A stretch of 64,000 nt of DNA from Candidatus Bathyarchaeota archaeon (GCA_963771885.1 CAVYVF010000002.1:160001-224000); one strand, 5' to 3'. Numbered from the stretch's first letter, positions 51,779 through 61,990 are shown. The notes: generated by a model not told the origin, from the sequence alone. Numbers and translations: made by a program.

Positions 51779-52819
51779 TTACGTAGCGTAGGAGATACGG
51801 GAAACAAAGTAATTCGAGTTGTAAATGGCGATTACTGGAAGCCAAGTTTCTGAGAAAATTACTCTCCCGCGTGCAGCTGGAACAACATCTATCGGATGCT
51901 CCCTACGATCCTGACTCTTCCAGAGCAGGTCGAAGAGGTTGCCATACGACTTCAATATGGAGGCGTAGTTAGTCTCCATGGCGTAGAACTTGCCATCCTC
52001 GTTCTCCATCAGCAGCAGCATGTACCCCGCATCCGAGACAATGAAGCTCGGCTGATCCTTGATATGCAGGAAAGCGAAGTCGCAGTTTGAAAGGTCGACC
52101 TCCTCGAGGACGAAGGTGCTTGTGGTTGAATACTCTGTGAGTATCCTGACATCTATGTCCCTACTCTTTGAAATGTCCTCGAGCTCCTCGAAGAATGAGG
52201 AGTTGTAGATGTAGATGAGGTGCCTGTCCGTGACGACTGCGTTGAGCTTATTTGTTGACGCCTTGAGTATCTCGGAGATCCTCGCGCTTATCTGCTTCCT
52301 GCCCTCCAAAACCTGGAGCGTCTCTTTCTCCGACTCTGTCTCGCTCGCCTTCGGCAGGGAGTTCCATAAGTGGAGTAGCTCCGCCTTCTTCCTCTCCAAG
52401 TGGTGGATTCTCTGACGGCGCTCCTCTAGCTCCGTGTCAAGGACCTTCTCGAATGGGACGGCGGTGAATTTCATTGGTCTCTCGAGGACGCGGTATATTA
52501 CTCCCTTGTTCTCGAGCGTGCGAAGTATCTTGTAAGCCTCCGTCCTGTGTACTCCAAGGGACTCGGCAATTTTCTGCGCCTTCTGCGCCCCGTAGCGTGC
52601 GAGATACAAGTAGACCTTGACCTCGTTCTTCGATAGCCTGAACCGTGTAAGGGCGATATTGATGTCCCTCAACGCCTTGACCTGGTTCTCATGCTCGGCT
52701 TGTGGCTCGGTACTAAGGACGGGTTTCGTGAACTTGAGTAAAACGGGGTCTATGTCCGACAGAGGCTGCTGAGCGCTCTGCTTCTGCTTAAGAGTCCTTT
52801 CCGCTTGTACCGCCTGCAT
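51779..52819 (-). CDS. TrmB-family transcriptional regulator
   Basis: LSKNEVKVYLYL...RTEAYKILRTLENKG...PMKFTAVP. Confidence 0.88.
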   Translation of the reverse strand: MQAVQAERTLKQKQSAQQPLSDIDPVLLKFTKPVLSTEPQAEHENQVKALRDINIALTRFRLSKNEVKVYLYLARYGAQKAQKIAESLGVHRTEAYKILRTLENKGVIYRVLERPMKFTAVPFEKVLDTELEERRQRIHHLERKKAELLHLWNSLPKASETESEKETLQVLEGRKQISARISEILKASTNKLNAVVTDRHLIYIYNSSFFEELEDISKSRDIDVRILTEYSTTSTFVLEEVDLSNCDFAFLHIKDQPSFIVSDAGYMLLLMENEDGKFYAMETNYASILKSYGNLFDLLWKSQDRREHPIDVVPAARGRVIFSETWLPVIAIYNSNYFVSRISYAT

Positions 52820-53117
52820 CTGTATCCCGGTTTAGGATAATACAGATTATAAAAGGCGCTTGTGGAGGTATAATCTAGATTCACACTCCATAAATTATGG
52901 CATACTTTAACGTTCATTTTGGTGAGGCGGGCACTATTTGGGATGCCCTGGGTCACTTAGGGATAGTTTGAGGAATTATTGGTACGTTGTAGCGTGTTTC
53001 GCGCGCGCATGCGCTTTAATCGTCTGAATTTTTAGGCTCACATCGAGTATAATAAAGGGCATGTGCTAAAACACACTGAAGTGGATAAAACCCACTTTAT
53101 CACTGGAGTGAAGAGAC

Positions 53118-53327
53118 ATGAAAGTTGTAAAGATCGTTGAGTTGATAGGAAATTCACCAAATAGCTGGGAAGAGGCCGCTGAAAACGCTATGAAGGAAGC
53201 AGCTAAGACAGTGAGAAACATAAAGGGTGTTGATGTGAAGCGGTTTACTGCGAAGGTAAAAGAAGATAAGATTGTAGAATATCGCGCTGTTGTAAAGATT
53301 GCTTTCGTTGTAGATAGCGAAATTTAA
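53118..53327 (+). CDS. dodecin
   Basis: KIVELIGNSPNSWEEAA..A.KTVRNI..EYRAVVKIAF. Confidence 0.9.
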   Translation: MKVVKIVELIGNSPNSWEEAAENAMKEAAKTVRNIKGVDVKRFTAKVKEDKIVEYRAVVKIAFVVDSEI

Positions 53328-53396
53328 GTAATCTAATTTTTACGCATAAGAGGCAGCTAGATTTCGTTACTCAATTATCCTAACGTCGGTGTCACT

Positions 53397-53894
53397 TTAT
53401 GCTCTCCAAATTCTACAATTTAGGTACTTTTTCTTAGAATATGTCAGGTACCATGACTCACTTCTCTTCTTATCTACGGCGACCTGTATTCTCCTAGCCA
53501 AAAAATCGTAGTGAGCCAGCGATGCATCTTTTCTAACATAGTCGTCGATACCAACGGAAAACGCTTCTTTGGCAACTTCATCACCACCGCGACTCGTATA
53601 GAGTATGTATGGAATATCTTGTTCCCTAATCGTCGAGTGGAGCTGAATTCCGTTCATCTCTGGCATGGCATAGTCGGAGACTACGCAGTCTGGTCGGTGA
53701 GTTTGAAGATGAGTTATTGCTTCAGCGGGGCTTTGTGTTGCAGTCACCTTAATTCTCGGATCGCTGTTTTCAAGATTTAGTTTCGCGAGGGCAAGCTGAT
53801 CTGTTTCATCATCAACCATGAGAACACGAATGTCTTTATCTAAATTATTTTGTTTGATATTGTTTAAGGGTTGAGTATTGCGAAGAGAAATCAT
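53397..53894 (-). CDS. response regulator receiver protein (probably a truncated hybrid kinase)
   Basis: VDDE, SDYAMP, YTSRG, DDYVRK; closely similar to the N-terminus of 11144-12361. Confidence 0.8.
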   Translation of the reverse strand: MISLRNTQPLNNIKQNNLDKDIRVLMVDDETDQLALAKLNLENSDPRIKVTATQSPAEAITHLQTHRPDCVVSDYAMPEMNGIQLHSTIREQDIPYILYTSRGGDEVAKEAFSVGIDDYVRKDASLAHYDFLARRIQVAVDKKRSESWYLTYSKKKYLNCRIWRA

Positions 53895-53961
53895 GATTTT
53901 TCTTAGGGAAGCGTGTTATAAGAACTCCTTTCTTTTGCGCACAATTTTTGAAATTATTAAA

Positions 53962-54060
53962 GTAAGGGTTTATCTTTATGGATTTTCATAAAACTATGCT
54001 AAAGGAACGCCATACTCCCTTAGCCTCCGTAGTAGGGGCCGAAGAGGCCCCGAATACTCA
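53962..54060. ncRNA. candidate small RNA, element B copy 3
   Basis: Near-identical to 9977-10074 but outside the duplicated cassette. Confidence 0.55.
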
Positions 54061-54276
54061 CGCCAACTATCACGAAACTGCAAGTAAATTGTTTAAAATC
54101 GGTTAGTTTGCCTTATGCGCGCGCATGGCATACATTTAAAATTATTTTTTTAGGGTGGGCACTATTTTGGGGTGTTTTGGCGGGCGCAAATGATTAATCT
54201 CTTGAGAAATGGCTGACGTTGTGCGCACACACAAGGATCTGGGGAAGTTGAAATATTGATATTATTATGATTCATC

Positions 54277-54798
54277 CTATTTCTTCGAATTCTTTAGACG
54301 AACCTCTTTCACCTCATCAGGCAACTTTACCTCAATAAAACCCTCAAGCATCATACACACAATATCCTGAATCTGGGTTTCAGATCTCATCGGATAAATA
54401 ACATGAACAAGTTCTTCGATAAAAGAACCGCATAGATTTATGAGGAAATCTACGGATGTATCGCTCCAATGGTCTAAAACGTTGATGTGAACATTGAATC
54501 CCTCGCTTGTTCTCACAACCACTGCTCTTCTATCGGGCTTCTTCCCGAAACACTCTTCCAGTTTTCTAATCAGATCATCCCATTCCTCTTGGCGATAATA
54601 GTAGCTTACCTTTATTTCTGGAAACGTGAATTTCTGCTCTCTATCTAAATATTCTAGAGTATCGGTGAAGACTGTACCCATAAATGTCACTAATTGGTCG
54701 GGTGTGTCAAAGTTCTGGAACTTGTCCAGGTATTTCTCAATTCTGCCTCCTTTAGGCGGTGATGGTATTTCAATTGTCCTATGATCAAAGGGAGGCAT
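54277..54798 (-). CDS. hypothetical protein
   Basis: 173-aa ORF. Confidence 0.55.
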   Translation of the reverse strand: MPPFDHRTIEIPSPPKGGRIEKYLDKFQNFDTPDQLVTFMGTVFTDTLEYLDREQKFTFPEIKVSYYYRQEEWDDLIRKLEECFGKKPDRRAVVVRTSEGFNVHINVLDHWSDTSVDFLINLCGSFIEELVHVIYPMRSETQIQDIVCMMLEGFIEVKLPDEVKEVRLKNSKK

Positions 54799-54996
54799 GT
54801 TGATGAGAAAGCGATGGTGGTTAAAGAACTGGGAGGCAACTCGCTAATTGGCGTGCGTAGCTAATACGGTTCTCTCTATTTACGCACGTGCAGTTGCATT
54901 CTCGATACTTGACTACTGCTGAGGAAAGCCAAAGTAAAGAAAACCGCAGACAACCACTTTAAAGCGAGCCGCACGCAGGGTTTCCAAGTTTAGCGC

Positions 54997-55896
54997 TTAA
55001 CAGATCTCTTCTAAGGATAACTTGGATACACTTACCACTGTATCCGCAGCCCCGTAGGAGATCAAGATATCGTTCCCGCGACGAATCGCGCCACAGCTGA
55101 ATACGACATTTGGAATGAACCCATTACATTCATAGTCCGTTTGTGGCTCGAAGATTGGCTCAAGAGATCTATACAATATCTTCTCAGGGTTGCCCTTCTC
55201 AAGCAATAGTGCGCCCAGTCTATAGACCCTGTTCTGGTCTACGCCGTGGTATATCTGCAACCACCCCTCATCAAGTTCAATCGGTGGCCCGGCTATTCCA
55301 ACTCTTAAGCAGTCCCAGCTGTTTTCCCTTGGAGTCATAACGATCTTCGAATTATTCCAGTTTTGCATATCATCTGAGTAGGCGATACATAGGTTGGGGT
55401 CTATTCTATGAAAAAGTACGGACTTTCCACCAATCTTTACTGGGAACAATGCACTGTTTTTGTTAGTGATATTTGGGAATGGGTATATCCTCTCTTCCCA
55501 ATCCCAATTTTTCGCCATTAGATCCCTGGACTTTATTGAGGTAATCCCGATCTGTGCCGTTTGCGCGTAGGCTGTATACGTCATATAACACCGATCCTCC
55601 ACTATTGTCACCCGAGGGTCCTCAACGCCCCTAATCTCTGAGGGATTTTTAGGTTCAAAAACTGGATAATCCAGCCGCTCATCAATGTGTTGGCCATCGA
55701 GAGAGGATGCATAACCCAGTCGGGAGACCATGTCATTCCCCATAGCTCTATATAAAAAGTGAACCCTGCCTCCGAGCTCGAACATCGCAGGGTTGAAGAC
55801 AAGCTTGGACTCCCAGCTATGTTCAGGGATCGGTTTCAGTATGGGATTGCCCTCGAAACGTGAAGCGACATAACGTTTAGTTTGATATTCCATCAA
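54997..55896 (-). CDS. GH130-family glycosidase/phosphorylase
   Basis: NPILKP, VFNP, EDPRV, NKNSALFP, YHGV, PNVVFSCG, YGAAD. Confidence 0.9.
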   Translation of the reverse strand: MMEYQTKRYVASRFEGNPILKPIPEHSWESKLVFNPAMFELGGRVHFLYRAMGNDMVSRLGYASSLDGQHIDERLDYPVFEPKNPSEIRGVEDPRVTIVEDRCYMTYTAYAQTAQIGITSIKSRDLMAKNWDWEERIYPFPNITNKNSALFPVKIGGKSVLFHRIDPNLCIAYSDDMQNWNNSKIVMTPRENSWDCLRVGIAGPPIELDEGWLQIYHGVDQNRVYRLGALLLEKGNPEKILYRSLEPIFEPQTDYECNGFIPNVVFSCGAIRRGNDILISYGAADTVVSVSKLSLEEIC

Positions 55897-56058
55897 GACT
55901 TACAGAACTCCTAATATGTATCCAGTTAATAAAACCCTGGGACAATTGGTTCTAACATGAATCATCGCTCTTATATAAATTGACTCAACGCACTTGTAGA
56001 CACTAGTTTTTGAAGCAAATAAAAAAGGTGTTAATACAAAGATGTATTAAAGTTACTT

Positions 56059-57663
56059 ATGGATAAAGCGAATACATACTTTAAAACCCTCTTCGACTTA
56101 CCGGTTTTAAACAGCACCGATTTAGAGCCTCCCACGATTTCTCAAGTCGAATCAGTCTCAAGACTGATTGATCTGCTGGTTACCCACGAAACAGGCGCGG
56201 TGATTGTGACAGAAGGCGAAAAACCCGTTGGCATAGTAACTGAAAAGGACATTGTTGAAAGGGTTCTAGGCCGCGGGAGAGACCTCGAAAGCACTCGGGT
56301 CGAAGAAATCATGTCCTCTCCCTTTGTATGTATAGAGTCTAATAAGTCGGTTAAAGAGGCCATTGAACTATTAAGGGAGAAAAATATCCAAAAACTAGGC
56401 GTAGTAGAAAAAGGGAAACTGATAGGTCTGACGACTGAGAGGAGGCTGCTTAACCTTGCACACGACACATACCTGGATGGAATCCAGGAAAGAGACGTAG
56501 ACGAAATCTATACCCCAAACGACAAACCCATCATTGCCTACCTAAGCACTTATCCTCCTCGCGAATGTGGAATCGCGACATTCACCTATGATTTAGTCGA
56601 CTCCATAAACCGCCAAGGCGCCCTATCTCCCCCCATGATTATCGCCATAAATGATGAGGGCGAATACTATGACTACCCCAACGAAGTCAAGTTACAGGTA
56701 GAAAGAGATGAGCGAGAGAGCTACAGAGCCGTGGCATCAAGGATCAACAACTCCGGCATCAATGCGGTGAATATTCAACACGAATATGGCCTGTTTGGCG
56801 GGTCCTGGGGAGATTACCTCCTGACATTCGCGGAAGAGTTGAAGAAGCCCCTAATCACAACCCTCCACACCATACTCCCGGAGCCTAACACGGATGCGGA
56901 GCGGGTTCTAAAAGAAATCATGGGATTTAGCGACAGGATAATAGTCTTGGCCAAAGCGGGATCCAAAATTTTAATCGAGCGCTACGGTGTCCCGACGGAA
57001 AAGATAAGATACATTCCACATGGCTGTCCAAATGTTCCCTTCATTAAAAGCAAAACACCCAAGATTGGTCTAGGGCTTAAGAATCGGTACATACTATCCA
57101 CTTTTGGACTCATCAGCAGTGGAAAGGGAATAGAGTACGCAATCAAAGCTATGCCCGAGATAATCTCGGCTGAACCACGAGTGCTCTACATCATAATCGG
57201 TGAGACGCATCCAGAAGTGAGGAAACATGAGGGCGAATCCTATCGACAATCATTATACGATTTGGTGGATTCTCTCGACATTGAACAGAATGTAAGATTT
57301 GTCAACCGTTTCCTAAATAAAATCGACCTGATCAGGTTTCTGCAGGCAACGGACACATATGTTCTACCCTATCCGAATAGGGACCAGATAAGCAGCGGTA
57401 CAATGCTCTACGCGCTATGTACCGGAAAAGCCATAGTAACAACCCCCTTTCTACACGCAGAGGAGGTTATAGATCAGGGAGCTGCCCTACGATGCGAGTT
57501 TAAAGACCCTCACTCAATCGCTGAATGCGTAAACACCCTCATCAAAGATGACGCAATGAAGGCGAAGTTTGAGAGAAGGGCATATGAAACTAGCCGCGAA
57601 ATGATCTGGCCTAGCGTCGCCATGAAATACATCAACGAATTCTACAAGGACCTCGGAATGTGA
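56059..57663 (+). CDS. CBS-domain-fused GT4 glycosyltransferase
   Basis: N-terminal CBS pair (GIVTEKDI, GLTTERRL); STYPPRECGIATF, QHEYGLFGG, IPHG, GKGIEY. Confidence 0.88.
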   Translation: MDKANTYFKTLFDLPVLNSTDLEPPTISQVESVSRLIDLLVTHETGAVIVTEGEKPVGIVTEKDIVERVLGRGRDLESTRVEEIMSSPFVCIESNKSVKEAIELLREKNIQKLGVVEKGKLIGLTTERRLLNLAHDTYLDGIQERDVDEIYTPNDKPIIAYLSTYPPRECGIATFTYDLVDSINRQGALSPPMIIAINDEGEYYDYPNEVKLQVERDERESYRAVASRINNSGINAVNIQHEYGLFGGSWGDYLLTFAEELKKPLITTLHTILPEPNTDAERVLKEIMGFSDRIIVLAKAGSKILIERYGVPTEKIRYIPHGCPNVPFIKSKTPKIGLGLKNRYILSTFGLISSGKGIEYAIKAMPEIISAEPRVLYIIIGETHPEVRKHEGESYRQSLYDLVDSLDIEQNVRFVNRFLNKIDLIRFLQATDTYVLPYPNRDQISSGTMLYALCTGKAIVTTPFLHAEEVIDQGAALRCEFKDPHSIAECVNTLIKDDAMKAKFERRAYETSREMIWPSVAMKYINEFYKDLGM

Positions 57664-57718
57664 CAAAATTTGGACTGAACTAAACAGACTGAGTGGACTC
57701 CGACTCTTCACAGATGAA

Positions 57719-58702
57719 ATGGGCATACTTCAACACTCAATGTTCGGCGTAATCGACAGAAGACATGGATACACGACAGATGACAACGCCAGGGCCCTCG
57801 TGGCCTCAGTGCGCTTTCATAATAGATTCGGCGGAGAGGAAGCCACTCACCTTGCCAAGAGATACCTCGAATTTCTCCTCTACATGCACATAAATGGGGG
57901 CGGACTTCACAACCGTGTCCAATACGATAAGCAGTATCTGGACGAGGTAGGAACCGAAGACAGCATCGGTCAAGCACTTTGGGCAACGGGCAGCGCATTG
58001 AATTCAAGTCTGCCCCTATCTCTGAAACAGTTATCGAAGTGGCTATTTAATGAAAGCCTACCCATTGCCCGGGGTTTCACCTCCCCGAGGGCGAAGGCTT
58101 TCACCCTTCTCGGTTTATGTGAATACTCACGGGCTTACCCCGACGATGAAAATCTACTAAAGGACTTGAACCAATTTTCGGATTTTCTGGTTCAGAAATA
58201 TTTCGATGCAATGTCGCCCGAGTGGCAGTGGTTCGAGCCATACATAACATATGCGAACGCCAGAATACCCCAAGCACTTATCGAATCTTATCAAATCCTG
58301 AAAAACCCGCGGCATCTTCAAGTAGCAAAAAAAACCCTCGACTTTCTAATCGACTTGCAGTTTGAAAACGGGATCTTCATTCCAATAGGAACAGATGGAT
58401 GGTATCACAAAGGGAAACAAAAAGCGGTTTATGATCAACAACCCATAGAATCTGCCTGCATGACCGAAGCTGCCTTTTTAGCTGCAGAGATCTTTGACGA
58501 CGAAAAATATGGACAGAGAGGGCACGAAGCTTTCCTATGGTTTAAGGGAAAAAACATATCTCGGCTGGCACTAGTTGATACAAATGACTACACCTGTTAC
58601 GATGGCTTGACTCCTAAGGGTGTGAATCAAAATAAAGGTGCTGAGTCATTGATCTCATATCTCTTAGCTGAATTATCTCTGCCCAGTTCTAAGGGCCCTT
58701 AA
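57719..58702 (+). CDS. six-hairpin glycosidase-like protein associated with GT4
   Basis: GILQH, GYTTDDNARAL, YANARIPQAL, DQQPIE, NKGAES. Confidence 0.8.
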   Translation: MGILQHSMFGVIDRRHGYTTDDNARALVASVRFHNRFGGEEATHLAKRYLEFLLYMHINGGGLHNRVQYDKQYLDEVGTEDSIGQALWATGSALNSSLPLSLKQLSKWLFNESLPIARGFTSPRAKAFTLLGLCEYSRAYPDDENLLKDLNQFSDFLVQKYFDAMSPEWQWFEPYITYANARIPQALIESYQILKNPRHLQVAKKTLDFLIDLQFENGIFIPIGTDGWYHKGKQKAVYDQQPIESACMTEAAFLAAEIFDDEKYGQRGHEAFLWFKGKNISRLALVDTNDYTCYDGLTPKGVNQNKGAESLISYLLAELSLPSSKGP

Positions 58703-58780
58703 TGAGTGCGCACATAAGGCCTATTTATATGCACATTTTTATCTCAGATTTCCGCGGAAATGAGGAGTCTTAAAAAGATT

Positions 58781-59431
58781 TTATTGCGTGGCCTGCGTCG
58801 TCGAGTTTCCTCTAAGGAAAAGCGCCAACACAAACCCAGCCACAAACCCGCCAATATGAGCCATATAGGCTACGCCGCCCGTTTCCGCCGAATTGGCGAT
58901 TGAGCCGATGCCGCTGAAGAACTGAAGAACGATCCAGAGCCCTATCACAATCAAGGCAGGTACCTGAGTCACAACTCGACCCTGCAACACCCTCACCTTT
59001 CCCTGAGGGAACAACAAGACATACGCGCCAAGCACCCCCGCTATCGCCCCTGAAGCCCCCAGATTCGGGATATCTGACCCTAGACTAAACGCTAGCTGAG
59101 CAAACGTCGCCCCCAATCCGCAGATCAGATAGAAGACTGTGAACTTGACGCTTCCGAAGCGGTCTTCCACATTGTCGCCGAAGATCCATAGGTAGAGCAT
59201 GTTTCCCCCGAGGTGAACCCACCCCGCGTGCATGAACATTGATGTGAGGAGCGTCATTGAATCGCCGATAGGGTCGGCTAGGAAGCGGCTGGGGATGAAG
59301 GCCCACTTAATGATGAAGGCGTCTCCCCCACTCAGTTCAACGAAGAAAAATAGGACGTTCAGGGCGATTAATGCATATGTAACGAGTGGAACGGTTTTAC
59401 GGGCGCTGTCATCGTCGCCGATAGGCATCAT
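58781..59431 (-). CDS. rhomboid intramembrane serine protease
   Basis: HAGWVHLGGNM, GASGAI, AHIGG. Confidence 0.92.
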   Translation of the reverse strand: MMPIGDDDSARKTVPLVTYALIALNVLFFFVELSGGDAFIIKWAFIPSRFLADPIGDSMTLLTSMFMHAGWVHLGGNMLYLWIFGDNVEDRFGSVKFTVFYLICGLGATFAQLAFSLGSDIPNLGASGAIAGVLGAYVLLFPQGKVRVLQGRVVTQVPALIVIGLWIVLQFFSGIGSIANSAETGGVAYMAHIGGFVAGFVLALFLRGNSTTQATQ

Positions 59432-59554
59432 AGAGAATCAATTGTTTGTTTGTAAGCTTAGTTAATAGAGGTTCTTTCCTTCTAGCGCATAAAGTAATTG
59501 CAGCCTCTGTATGGTGATAAAGCGCGCCTCCCGGTACTCGGTGGACACGCGCAT

Positions 59555-59699
59555 TATTTTGGGGGCCAGGGTCTGGATCAGGTCTAGGGCTTGGCATTGG
59601 ATCCGGGGTTGGATTGGGGTTAGGATCTGGGGTCGGGTTGGGCGTGGGGTCGGGTGTATTCGGATTAGGGTTAGGATTTGGTTTCAGATCTGGACACAT
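59555..59699 (-). other. Pro-rich low-complexity micro-ORF (PN/PD/PT repeats)
   Basis: MCPDLKPNPNPNPNTPDPTPNPTPDPNPNPTPDPMPSPRPDPDPGP; true stop uncertain. Confidence 0.45.
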
Positions 59700-59748
59700 A
59701 TCTTATCCTTCCCTATACTAACTTGTTCAAAAACATGGGTGCGCGTGC

Positions 59749-59806
59749 GGAGTATGGCGTTCCATTAGCAATAATTTATGAAAACCCATGAAGGCAAACC
59801 CTTACC
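59749..59806. repeat. truncated, inverted copy of element B
   Basis: GGAGTATGGCGTTCCATTAGC...AAACCCTTACC resembles the reverse complement of 53962-54020. Confidence 0.8.
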
Positions 59807-59927
59807 ATCGCGAGCGAATGAAGTGGAAAAACGGCTCGCGTCGTTTCTCATGAAAGCGCCCCTAGCTTTCGATTGAATGAGTGACCAGCTCTGTGCATAT
59901 CCTTTAGGGATGCTGAGATGCGCGCGC

Positions 59928-60047
59928 GGTCTCGGACCAGGACTTTATTATTGTCGAATGGCTCTGGAGGCGCATGGAGGGCGAATAGATTTTACTTCCA
60001 AGCTTGGGCAGGGAACAACCTTCATAATAATAATACCCATTGAATAA
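59928..60047 (+). pseudogene. C-terminal fragment of a histidine kinase HATPase domain
   Basis: GLGPGLYYCRMALEAHGGRIDFTSKLGQGTTFIIIIPIE*, similar to the C-terminus of 11144-12361. Confidence 0.8.
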
Positions 60048-60113
60048 ATCGCCCTGTGCACAAGTAACACTAGTTTATATCGTTTCATTCCAATAGATCA
60101 TATAGCGGATTAA

Positions 60114-61034
60114 ATGTATCAAAATAGTATGATTTCTGTCGTTGTACCCGCTTATAATGAAGAGTTACTCATAGAGCAAACTTTAGAATCGATACCAGAT
60201 TACATCGATAAAATATATGCAGTTGACGATGGATCATATGATGACACCTATAATATAATTAAAAAAACATCGATTAAAGATAATAGAATAATTCCATTAA
60301 AACATGAGATAAATAAAGGGGTTGGTGCAGCGATTATTACCGGGTATAAAAAAAGTGTAGATGATAACGTTGACGTAGCTGTAGTCATGGCGGGAGATTA
60401 TCAGATGGATCAAACTCAAATACCCAAATTAATCGAACCAATTATAGAAGGAAATGCGGATTATACCAAGGGAAATAGATTAACGAATAATACCGATATG
60501 AAAGGTATGAGTATATTTAGACGGTTTGGAAACGAGTTATTATCTATACTCACAAAAATCTCGTCAGGTTATTATGATATTATGGATCCTCAAAACGGCT
60601 ATGCGGCGATTTCTAGACAGGCACTTACTACCATCGAGTTAGATGAGATCTATCCAAAATATGGATACTGTAACGATATTTTAGTAAAGTTAAACGTATT
60701 TGATCTTAGGGTGAAGGATGTCCCTATACCGGCTCGATACGGTTCAGAAAAATCAAAGATAAAATATGGGAGATATATAATGAATGTCTCCTGGTTGCTT
60801 TTCGGAAATTTTTTGTACAGACTAAAGATGAAGTACATCTATCAGGATCTAAGTCTGATTCCTTTTCTTTTTATATTTGGTGCTTTATTAATGCCTCTTG
60901 GAATGTTCTCTATGTTTTATAATAACTTCACATTGTTTTCAAATGCGTTTTCTTTACCTATTATTATCCTAAGTATACTATTTGTTTTAATTGCATTAAT
61001 GCTTGATATTAAAAATAGCAGAAATATTCACTAG
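60114..61034 (+). CDS. GT2 glycosyltransferase (DPM-synthase-like)
   Basis: VVVPAYNEE, VDDGSYD, MAGDYQMD, DPQNGY. Confidence 0.9.
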   Translation: MYQNSMISVVVPAYNEELLIEQTLESIPDYIDKIYAVDDGSYDDTYNIIKKTSIKDNRIIPLKHEINKGVGAAIITGYKKSVDDNVDVAVVMAGDYQMDQTQIPKLIEPIIEGNADYTKGNRLTNNTDMKGMSIFRRFGNELLSILTKISSGYYDIMDPQNGYAAISRQALTTIELDEIYPKYGYCNDILVKLNVFDLRVKDVPIPARYGSEKSKIKYGRYIMNVSWLLFGNFLYRLKMKYIYQDLSLIPFLFIFGALLMPLGMFSMFYNNFTLFSNAFSLPIIILSILFVLIALMLDIKNSRNIH

Positions 61035-61061
61035 CACATGCAAATCGCCTCGTGTGAAATT

Positions 61062-61583
61062 TTATATCGGTACCTCACTTACAGTAAAGACCAATTCAGC
61101 GAGTTTGGCAGCCTCTCTGGTGAAGTCCTCCTCACCCAGATCGATCCAATTTGGACCGGTAATTACTCCCCTTAGATAAATGGTCGTGACAAACCTAGAC
61201 CCCCTCTCCACAACCTTACTCCGCAGCTTATCAACGGCTTTGGGGTTTGTTTCGTCGGCACCAACTAATCCCAAGATAACTCGTTTTCCGCGGAGATCGA
61301 TCTGTTCAAGGAATTCAATCATGGATGACGGAGGTTTCCCCTTCGATACGGCTGTTAGTAATATTATAGGGTCAAATTCAACAATAGCCGCGTTGGCTTT
61401 TGTTAGTTCTTCTTCTGCATGCGAATAGCGTCTGATCCTTAGCTTGTCTCTCCAGTCTCCGGGCTCAACTATTTTTCTGCTTTCGGCTTTGATTGTTGGT
61501 AGAACGATCTCCGCTATCTTGGCTGTTCTGCCTGTTTTGCTATAATAGAAGATGAGGGGCTGTAGAATTATGGTGCTCGACAA
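61062..61583 (-). CDS. flavodoxin-like protein
   Basis: YYSKTGRTAKIAE. Confidence 0.6.
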   Translation of the reverse strand: MSSTIILQPLIFYYSKTGRTAKIAEIVLPTIKAESRKIVEPGDWRDKLRIRRYSHAEEELTKANAAIVEFDPIILLTAVSKGKPPSSMIEFLEQIDLRGKRVILGLVGADETNPKAVDKLRSKVVERGSRFVTTIYLRGVITGPNWIDLGEEDFTREAAKLAELVFTVSEVPI

Positions 61584-61730
61584 AGTTTAATCCCATAAAT
61601 TATCTTTGAACCTTTTTTAATAAATGTTAACCCATTTTACGCGGGAATTTTTTCGTATTTTCACATAAATTCCTGTGTGCGATTAGCCAGCTCAATTTCC
61701 TTCATTTATTAGCAGCGGTATTTCGCGCGC

Positions 61731-61883
61731 GACGAAGTAGAGGGAAGAGGAAAGAAAATCAAGGGACAGATCCGTGAAGAGATAGGTAAGATTTCGGATA
61801 ATAAAACGGAACCTCAAAGGAAAGATCGAGCAAGTCGAGGGAAAAGTGCAAGTCGAGAAAATCAAGAGAAGGGTCAAAGAATA
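61731..61883 (+). pseudogene. degenerate csbD copy
   Basis: DEVEGRGKKIKGQIREEIGKISDNKTE with frameshift; start codon missing. Confidence 0.8.
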
Positions 61884-61990
61884 GAACCCTTCAATCGCCA
61901 TTCCGCTCGATTAGCATGCGCGCGCGCTCACAAATAGATAAAGGTAAAACAGAGGAGAACGAGATCATGCGCCTAAATGAGATATGGGTG

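Noticed and set aside
59560..59690. CRISPR or DNA tandem repeat
   Set aside because: Degenerate 6-nt periodicity reflects Pro-X codons; there is no repeat-spacer structure
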